Assembly (NCBI GenBank): GCA_964016885.1 | Contig: OZ024743.1 | Location: 352,284,001 to 352,348,000, forward strand | Reading direction: 5' to 3' | DNA from: Eledone cirrhosa | Taxonomy: Eukaryota | DNA: 64,000 nucleotides | In this document: positions 13,201 through 22,329 of the stretch, piece by piece | Layout: each line of letters opens with the position of its first letter | How positions within the stretch are numbered: position 1 is the stretch's first letter | Made by a program: the position numbers and the translations under genes | The notes under the pieces: model-generated | Seen by the model: the letters and a program-made list of their open reading frames with translations, nothing else | What the model was told of the DNA's origin: nothing | Database searches by the model: none

Positions 13201-14701
13201 GCAACCACCGTTGCTCATTTTTTCAACACTGACAAAGGAACGCTGTACTAGTTTCATGCTTGTTAGCTATCGTCAGCAACGTATACCTTCCTGCCAGATT
13301 GTTGAACGTATATACTTACCTTATGATTATTAACGGCTGAGTAGCCCAATATCCATATCGAATGGGTTAATCGGCCGGGTGCACCGAAAACGATAAACGG
13401 AAAAAATGAAACGATATTTCATTTCCCACTCTTAGTACGGCTATTACTTAAATATATGTATGTACACGTACATACATATATGTATACAGACGTACAGTAG
13501 TTTTTATGTATATATACATGCATGCACACATATATATATATGCACGTATCGATTCACCGAACATTTATTACTTATGCTCGGTGTGTTTGTAAACAAACAT
13601 CCCGTATTAAGCCGTAGTGTCTAGCAACCACCATTGCTCATTTGTTCAACACTGACAAAGGAACGCTGTACTAGTTTCAAGCTTGTTAGCTATCGTCAGC
13701 AACGTATACCTTCCTGCCAGATTGTTGAACGTATATACTTACCTTATGCATATTAACGGCTGAGTAGCCCAATTTGCATATCGAGTGGGTTAATCGGCCG
13801 GGTGCACCGATAACGTTAAACGGAAAAAATGAAACGATATTTCATTTCCCACTCTTAGTACGGCTGTTACTTAAATATAAGTATGTACAGGTACATACAT
13901 ATATGTATACAGACGTACAGTAGTATGTATATATATATATATACATACATGCACACATATATATATATATGCACGTATGGATTCACCGAACATTTATTAT
14001 AATACTCGGTGTGTTTGTAAACAAACATCCCGTATTAAGCCATAGTGTCTGGCAACCACCGTTGCTCGTTTGTTAAACACTGACAAAGGAACGCTGTACT
14101 AGTTTCATGCTTGTTAGCTATCGTCAGCAACGTATACCTTCCTGCCAGATTGTTGAACGTATATACTTACCTTACGATTATTAACGGCTGAGTAGCCCAA
14201 TATGCATATCGAGTGGGTTAATCGGCCGGGTGCACCGAAAACGATAAACGGAAAAAATGAAACGATATTTCATTTCCCACTCTTAGTACGGCTATTACTT
14301 AAATATATGTATGTACACGTACATACATATATGTATACAGACGTACAGTAGTATGTATGTATATATACATACATGCACACATATATATATGCACGTATGG
14401 ATTCACCGAACATTTATTACTTATGCTCGGTGTGTTTGTAAACAAACATCCCGTATTAAGCCGTAGTGTCTAGCAACCACCGTTGCTCATTTGTTCAACA
14501 CTGACAAAGGAACGCTGTACTAGTTTCAAGCTTGTTAACTATCGTCAGCAACGTATACCTTCCTGCCAGATTGTTGAACGTATATACTTACCTTATGTAT
14601 ATTAACGGTTGAGTAGCCCAATTTGCATATCGACTGGGTTAATCGGCCGGGTGCACCGAAAACGATAAACGGAAAAATGAAACGATATTTCATTTCCCAC
14701 T
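1221..14701 (-). repeat. Tandem array of 32 x ~421-bp units (hammerhead-containing satellite, retrozyme-like)
   Basis: The marker acgctgtactagtttc recurs at about 1461, 1880, 2300, 2720 and so on to 14512. I counted 32 copies, mean period 421 bp. Units differ by scattered substitutions and (TA)n length. Confidence 0.97.
2281..2367 (-). ncRNA. Type I hammerhead ribozyme, representative intact copy (one motif per unit from ~1461 to ~14554)
   Basis: Plus strand acgctg-ta-ctag-tttc-a-agct-tgtt-agct-a-tcgtcag-caacgt (2300-2342) is the reverse complement of the hammerhead core with stems I and II and the palindromic ACUAGU stem III. Confidence 0.85.
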
Positions 14702-14728
14702 TTTATAAATATAGTTTTATAAATATAC

Positions 14729-14978
14729 TTTTATAAATATAGTTTTCATTTGTTAATATCGTATTTTTACTCAAAATATTTGTTGAGTGCTTTATATCAT
14801 TTATAAAAATATTTGCTTGTTGTATCCCAACAATTTAAATAGAACTTTTACCTATATATAAGTTCTATTTAAATTGTTGGGATACAACAAGCAAATATTT
14901 TTATAACTGATATAAAGCACTCAACAAATATTTTGAGTAAAAATACGATATTAACAAATGAAAACTATATTTATAAAA
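14729..14978. repeat. Fold-back inverted repeat of the PLE-A 3' terminus (119-bp arms, 12-nt TA-rich spacer)
   Basis: 14729-14847 is the near-perfect reverse complement of 14860-14978. Confidence 0.9.
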
Positions 14979-17300
14979 CCATATTTATTTCATTATACAT
15001 ATTTCAAGGACACCAAGTTAAATTATGGTGTGCTTTCATCAGACAAAATATAATATAGATCAGTTTTATAAATAAATATTGACATACCCTTAAAAAATGC
15101 AACCATTACTGTTGGAAGTTCCCGGATAGTGGAGTTGTTTAATTATATTATTATTAGTATTGGATATTTTTATTTTTAAAATAAGCCGTTGGGTTACAGG
15201 TTAAAATAAGCCGTAGGGGGGAATATGGAAAATAAATGACATAGGAAAAAGTTTAAATATAAGGGGAGATAAGGGAGAAAAAGAATATAAGAGTACAGAA
15301 AGTGAGTTCAGAAAATAATAAAAATAATAAAAATCGTAGTGGATATAAGGCGTAGAGAACAGAGAAGAAGTTCAAGGTGGTTGAGTCATCGTAGGAATGT
15401 CAATCCAGTTACAGATCAGATGTGATTTCAGGTGAGGACAACATCTGAAGATCTCGGTCTCGGAGTTCAGGCAAGTTGAAGTGGCTTTCAAGTTTTGTAA
15501 AATCCTAAATTTTTCAGTGGTACACAAAGAACAATTCTTTGTGCTCCTTTGGTACTCCCTTGAACGGTCTAAAATAGACCAATCGATAGAGTACGGGATG
15601 TTTTTATCCTTGAATTCCCACACCTTATTTGCGAGAACCGTTGCTGTTCTTTTATCGGAGTGTTTAAAAGAAGCGATATGTGCATAAAACCTGGTTTTAA
15701 ACCTGTCTTGAGTCATGCCAACATATCGTTCACTCCTGGCTGGCTGGTTGTTAATTAAAGGTGTCACTTTGGCCTCATATACAACGAATTTGGTGTTACA
15801 TTTGCCCTGTAATGGGCAGTCATCCGGTTTCCTGCAACTGCATCCTGGATTTATTCTCGTACGATTAGAATTGGTGATTTTAGACTTCATTGATGGGCAG
15901 CAAGAGTAACTGATTTTAACTACATTTCTATTAAATATCTTATGATATCTATGATTAGGAGGAAAATGTTTGTCTAAGAGGTCAAGGAATTTCCTTCCTA
16001 CATTAGTTTTGACAGTTAGAGAGAAAGGGAGTGTAAACCAAATAATTTTCCTTTTCCTATTATTGTGGTTAGTTTTAGGGGGAGGGGTAGGTATATAATT
16101 AATGTGTTCTGTAAATCCGCTGTTATTAAGGGCTTTATTATAATAGCATTGGTAAGGTTCGTATCTATAGTAATTTTAAGGTTAAGATTAGCAAAAGTAT
16201 TAGTTAAATCTTTACGGAATTTATAAACCGATATTATGGGAAGGAAATTTCTCTTTAAGGGTGTGAAGGAATAATCCTACTAAGTCACACACATCCGCAC
16301 TGTCATATGAACCCATTGCAACATCAAGAGTTTTCATGGTTTGACTTTTTAACCCAAATACTTTCATTAGTAAAGAGTAGAGTTTTTCTAGCATGAAAGA
16401 TAATGTCTTCTTCTAATTTATAAATATTAATGAAGGGTCTTGCAAAATCTAAGGCTTTAGTTAATAAGGAAACAGTAATAGAGGGGTAAAAATCAACAAT
16501 ATCAAATTGGGTAAATCTACACTTATTTTTACCTTGTATATTATTAAACCAAGAAATAACAGAGGATGTATTTAACCATTGTGATAAGTCAGTCTTAGTT
16601 CTAATTTGGAGAATTATTTTTCTTAAGATTTTTACTTGCAAGGCGAACTTCGGATTTAGCCGGGTTAATCAGTCTACAACTTGGTCGATTAGTAAAGTCT
16701 AATTTATGGTCTTTAAAGGTAATATATTCTTTACGTTTAGCAAGGATTTCAATCCGGTTGTCTATTTTTAAAGAACTAGCTAGTTCTTTAGCTTCTTTAT
16801 TAATAGTATTGTAGGTGTTATTATTAGTTAATTGATATTTGTTGGTGATACTATGAGTTAAAAGTTAGTTATACAAAATACTATTAACTTCAAAGAGATT
16901 TTTAGTTTTATCGGAAAGAACAAAAGTGTTTGTAGAATTTTTAAAATTAGAAATATCGTTAGACAGTTTAGTTTGAAAATTATTATTGTAGTTACGAAAT
17001 TTGATATCACTAATTAAATTAACAAGGTCTAATTCGAAGTTGGCCATGTCTATAATTCTAGGTGGGTATTTATGGGATTTTATGTCAAAACAATCATTAG
17101 TATCAGCACTGAATAGTCCATCGTAAACCATTGCCTTCCATCTCATTCTTTTAACGACTTGTTCGATTTTATCTATAAGCAGTTTGGTATAAGTTGTGTT
17201 GGAAGGAGTAGGTATATTTTTGATTGAATAATCCAATTCATAAAGGTTCATGGTGTATGTTGGTTAAATTCCTGAAAACTGTAGAGTGCTCAACTAATTG
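14860..17300 (-). mobile_element. Penelope-like retroelement family A (RT plus C-terminal GIY-YIG, probably Hydra-type), degenerate
   Basis: ORF pieces 16865-17251 (LSDKT), 16324-16641 (QFDIVDFYPSI) and 15372-15890 (CSC...CPLQGKC, VVYEAK...YVGMT, CSLCTTEK). Frameshifts and an internal deletion around the catalytic motif. The 3' pseudo-LTR carries a hammerhead. Confidence 0.85.
14986..15050 (-). ncRNA. Type I hammerhead in the PLE-A pseudo-LTR
   Basis: Minus strand UAUUUUGU CUGAUGA AAGCACACCA...UGGUGUCCUU GAAA UAUGUA UA^ AUGAAAUA. Homologs at 25994-26058 and 37667-37732. Confidence 0.75.
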
Positions 17301-17380
17301 GGCTAGAAAGTGACAATCATATATGTAATATAGAATATGCTTCAATCAATCCGGGTTGGAGCTGTATAAATGAAGTAATT

Positions 17381-17481
17381 CCGTCGGGGTCTAACATTTT
17401 CCTATTACCCACTCTACTATTCTAATTATTGAGTAATCTGGTGCGTTATGGTCCATCTGGTTCCTTATCACACCTCCTTCG

Positions 17482-17529
<48 letters not shown>

Positions 17530-17558
17530 CAATTGGAACTCTGAAATTATATATACAT

Positions 17559-17615
<57 letters not shown>

Positions 17616-17715
17616 GAAGGAGGTGTGATAAGGAACCAGATGGACCATAACGCACCAGATTACTCAATAATTAGAATAGTAGAGTGAGTAATAGGAAACT
17701 GTTAGACCCCGACGG
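17381..17715. repeat. ~105-bp inverted repeat (3' end of PLE family B) flanking (TA)n tracts
   Basis: 17381-17485 is the reverse complement of about 17612-17715. The interval is mostly (TA)n. Confidence 0.9.
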
Positions 17716-19165
17716 CAGAGCTCAAGCCCTTTGGACAGCTATTTATGGACTAAATTAGAATGTTTAGCGTGGTAAATAAATAGCCGAACTTTTCAAGGGG
17801 TAATTCCTTATATGGGAAGATCGTAGTTGTCAAGAGGATTGGTTAAAATTTCTTGTAAACACAATTAAGTCTATCATGGCAGTGGGCGGGCGGTGGCGGT
17901 GGCTAAACTTGCCTGTAGAACAATGAGGGTGTGGATGGAGCCAGTCAAGCGTTGAAAGTGAATTCTATAAACCAAATACTAAGGATTGTGTATGAAACTA
18001 GGCTAGAGGAAGCAGGCGAAAAAGGATAGGTAAATCAATTGAGATTAGAAGATAATAAATAAATAAATAAATATATATATATAAAAGTCTAAAATTGGAT
18101 AGTAAGAAGTGATAAAAAATCTCTAGAGTCTAAAACAGCTGCTATATTTAGTTGGTATTGCGTTTTCGGCCAATGCTATAGAATAGGTTAATAAGTTGAG
18201 AATAGAAGAAATTAAATAAATAAAAAATTCATAAAATTATAGAATTGGGTAGTAAAAAGTAATACAAAATCTCTGGGGTCTGAAACAGCTGCTATAATTA
18301 GTTGGTATTGCGTTTTCGGCCAATGCTATCTATAATTTACTGGGGTGGGAGTACTGAGGCTCCAAAAGCCCGATAGGCTGCCTCGAGGTAGGCAAAAGGG
18401 GAAGAAAAAAAAGGAAGATGATAGGGAGTGGAAGGAAGTGATAGGAAGAGATAAAGGGAAGAAGAAAATAGAATGGAAAAGAAAAGAGGTACATCTATCT
18501 ATGTTATCTGGGGTTTCCCCTATCTTGTTCGGCAAGTGGGGAAAAGGAGGATGTTGTAGCCATTGTCTACCAACCCAGGTCATTAGGGGGTTTGAGGGCG
18601 AGGTAAGTCCTACGCAATCGGTGTTTGCATGCAGTTACAAGTTCGTCTTTTTTGTTTAGGAGTTGGCCCTTCGTAAACAGCATTTGTAATGTTTCCTCCG
18701 AGCATAACTTACACGGACGGCGTCCTCCCGTGTAGGAGTTAGCCCCGGACAGTAAGCTCCAAGTAAGATTTATGTTATGTTATTATCTTGGAGGTCCCAG
18801 ATGTGGCCCAAAAGTGTAGTGGCATGTCGCCGGGCCGGGTTTCGGAACGTATATCGGTGTTGGTAGAGCCGGTCTTAAAGTCACAAGCGGTTAATCCTAT
18901 ATAGGCTTTGTTGGAGGTCCGTCCTCACGTTGCATTGGTAGATCACAACAGATTACTACCACAACTCCGTAGCAAAATAACGGAGTATGAAAGCACCAAC
19001 GACATCCTGGTGCATTCGGACAAAACTGGAAACCACTATTTCGTCAACCCTGACAGATACAACACACTGATCAGGAGCAGCCTGAACTCCACCTACAAAA
19101 AGGCTTACCTCTCAATTATCGAGGACATAAATCTAGATAGGCAACAAATTACATCCATCATCGGG
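17612..19165 (-). mobile_element. PLE family B fragment: GIY-YIG C-terminus and 3' UTR on minus, inverted RT N-terminal piece on plus
   Basis: 18600-18905(-) matches 61180-61490 (NSYTGGRRPC, LNKKDEL). 18908-19165(+) encodes LVHSDKTGNHYFV. A ~150-bp duplication with CCAAT lies at 18093-18330. Confidence 0.75.
17706..17801 (-). ncRNA. Degenerate type I hammerhead with U3-A8 core (PLE-B 3' region)
   Basis: Minus strand ACCCC UUGAAAA G..CGGCUAUUUAU...AUAAAUAGCUGUC CAAA GGGC..UGCC GUC^ GGGGU. The intact 3' half GAAACGGCU-UGAGCUC-AGCCGUC^GGGGU is at 27187-27214 and near 27635-27662. Confidence 0.55.
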
Positions 19166-20666
19166 TTCGAGATTGAGTAAAGCAATCTATATATGAACTT
19201 TGATATTGTTCAAACTTTTGACTCTTCTGAAAACAATTACTTTTGCTTGTTCAATTATGTTATGTTTCATTTTTCTCGGTTGTATTCATGCATGTATCTT
19301 TTCTCTGTGTACCCGATGATTTTTTATTGTTTGATGTCATGTAGACATATTGCATATTTAGCACTACTCATGTAATACGTGAAGAGTTGCAACCCACATA
19401 GTTTTGCCTTGGCTTATATATTGATATCGACCTTCGATCTAAACGGAAGGTAATGTAGTGAACAGATAAATAGGTAAATTTACACGCGTTGATTCCTGTT
19501 GCACTAACTCACCTCACCTAACTATTAGCCAGCCAACGATCTGATACAGCTATCTATCGGATGAGTAATGCATTGTGCCAAACCCGAAAGCAAGAGTAGA
19601 GCAGATAGTTTCAGACCAGAAACACGTAATAATTTGCTGTCCTCAACATGCGACACGTGGCGCGAAATATGCCTAACCCGAGAGTGCTATGTTTAATCTA
19701 CCAACTGGATATTAGACATCCATAATGTCTTGACAACCAGCAGAGGTAACATTGTACTATCCGCAAACACCCTTGTACTCTTAACAAGTTCAAATGTATT
19801 CTGCTTGTTCACATTCACAAACACGATTGAAAAATATGTTCTTCGATAAATAAATATTCTGTGTTCATACTGTTGCGACTAGATCTCGTTCTGCCAATCC
19901 AATTGACATTAAACGCAGCCTACCGCCTTCTGATACTATTTCTAAATTGGAGTAAATAAAATAGTAAAATGGCCAAACCATTAATTTTCTATAGTGGTCA
20001 TAAAACACTCTACAACTATGTTATATATCATTTGACCTGTGAGCCAATACACTTGACAGTCGATAGGCAAATGGCCTAGCTATTGTCTCAAAAGCCATAT
20101 ACACGTTGTTCTAGCTATAATATTCTTATAAATACAAGCGCTACGAGAACCAAATTAGAGATAGTGGCTAACACAGACGACAGAAGAACTGTTCTACTAA
20201 CACTATGGATTCTCTTCACGAATACAGTCTTCTATTTACTATTCTCTCACATTTCTTACTCGCTCGACAGACAGGGAATTAGAGAGATGGACTGACCGCT
20301 ACTAAAGAAACCACGTTTGCTACGGATTAACACACACACACACAGTAGGTTTCCTTCTATTGTCCCTTATACACTTTATCTAACCTTTTGACTTCCTGTC
20401 ATTCTCACGTTTTTATTACTCAATATTCGATGTACCAACAAGTGACTTTTATTATTACAAAATAAACGTTGTCAACAACATCACAATTCTTCATCATTCT
20501 TTTTATCATTCATCCTACGAAGAATACATTTTAACAGTTACATGGATGTGACCCTATCGCTACACATATAAAACAGATTTTCTTTAGGATAACATTCTAA
20601 ATACTATCAGAAGAATCACCCCGGGCGGTTTTCTGTTAGCATATGTAGTGTGCATATTATATCATA

Positions 20667-20945
20667 CTAGATGAGGTACCCGGCTTCGCCCGGCTGAACA
20701 GTTAATAAGAGAAGACAAGTAGAAGAGAAAACGACTGTATTGGATGCGTTGTCTGGTTTACAGTATGAGGCGAAACCGTGATGTGTCTGTGTGACAAAAA
20801 AAAAAGTAAAAAAACTTCCAAATACGCCAGATTCTTTGTTTTGCCGTTCGTGCAAAGTATATGAAGATTTCTAGATGTTCCCACTCGTGAACAACCAATA
20901 TATAACTGTCCATGGATAAAAACTGATTCTCTCAGATTCAATAAT
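20667..20945 (-). mobile_element. Helitron 3' end fragment
   Basis: Rep/helicase C-terminus VFIHGQLYIGCSRV...TKNLAYLEVF, a subterminal hairpin CCGGGC-GAA-GCCGGG (one mismatch) and terminal CTAG followed by T. Confidence 0.8.
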
Positions 20946-21019
20946 AATAACTTATCCAGTTATTGACGCCCTGAGGATAAATATCTTGTCTTTAAAGCGT
21001 AGAAATATCCGAGACCCCC

Positions 21020-21865
21020 AGTAGACAACTAATGAGGAAAACGACGAAGTCGGACATAGGGAGAATCAGTAAACAGATCCTAGACCACGTTATACCAAAA
21101 GTTAAGCAAAACGCGAGACTTAGCCTTTGGGTCAGCACCCAGGAAGTCATCTCATGGCTCAGGAATATTGAGGACAAACAGGACACCAAATTCATCCAGT
21201 TCGACATAGTGAGCTATTACGCTTCTATTACCTTACCGCTACTTACGCCCGCTTTGGACTTTGCCAAAACACTTACACCCATCACAGACCAGGAAAGAAA
21301 CATCATTCTCCACGCCAGGAAGACAGTCCTTCTTTTCGACAACTCCAAATGGATAAAGAGAGCTCCCGACTCCCCCTTCGACGTCAGTATGGGCGTGACC
21401 GACTCGGCCAACGTGACCGATCTTATAGAATTATTCCTACTACATAAACTCACCGAAATGTTTCCTGCATTCGGCGGTGGATTGTACCGAGACGATGGGC
21501 TCCTTACCCTCAAAGGGTACAACCCCAGTAGTACAAACCGGGTCAGTAAACAACTAATCAATTTCTTCCAGGACTGGGGATTTAAAATCACCCTACAACT
21601 TTATTGTCCGGGGCTAACTCCTACACGGGAGGACGCCGTACGTGTAACTTATGCTCGGAGGAAACATTACAAATGCTGTTTACGAAGGACCAACCCCTAA
21701 ACAAAAAAGACGAACTTGTAACAGCATGTAAACATCGATTGCGTAGGACTTACTTCGCCCTCAAAACCCCTAATGACCCGGGGTGGCTGCAACATCCTCC
21801 TTTTCCCCACTTGCCGAACAAGATAGGGGAAACCCCAGCTAACATAGGTAGATGTACATCTTTTC
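21020..21865 (+). mobile_element. PLE family B fragment (RT core joined to the 3' end by an internal deletion)
   Basis: QFDIVSYYASI, MGVTDSA, GLYRDDGL. Near 21600 the sequence jumps to the endonuclease C-terminus (CNLCSEE...CKH). Confidence 0.85.
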
Positions 21866-22105
21866 TTTACACACAGTGTCGTGTATAAAGATAGAAGGCA
21901 AGGGCGGAAAGGTCAATGTACTGCCACTAGAAATAGCAGCAGTTAAAACGACCAAAATGTTATCTCGACCAGAGGAAATTAATAATAATAAAGTATGTTT
22001 TCCTACATGCAAAAAATGCATATAGGGACACATGTATTATCCAACCGTATGCCAATGTGGTTCTATGGCAGGTTATTAAATTAACGAGCCAGAACACACA
22101 CACGC

Positions 22106-22151
<46 letters not shown>

Positions 22152-22329
22152 CGCGATCAGTCGCATATTTTGGCGTGGGAGACTATTTATTAAATTTAAG
22201 ATGAATACTATCTCCGACAATAATGCCACAACTACAGCCCGGTTGAATAACTGGTTATTCTTCTAACTATCCCTTCTGAAGACAACTTTTATTCGAATTC
22301 GTAGAGAAATCCGACTAAATACATAATTC

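Noticed and set aside
1221-14701. CRISPR array, rDNA/5S or tRNA tandem cluster
   Set aside because: No unique spacers, no recognisable rRNA or tRNA sequence, and the context is eukaryotic.
19600-20500. Possible decayed RTE tail or LTR-like sequence
   Set aside because: Only a faint GIF.HV-like motif and no defined ends; not supportable by eye.
20965-21015. CTGAGGA...GAAA hammerhead candidate
   Set aside because: No convincing stem I or stem II pairing.
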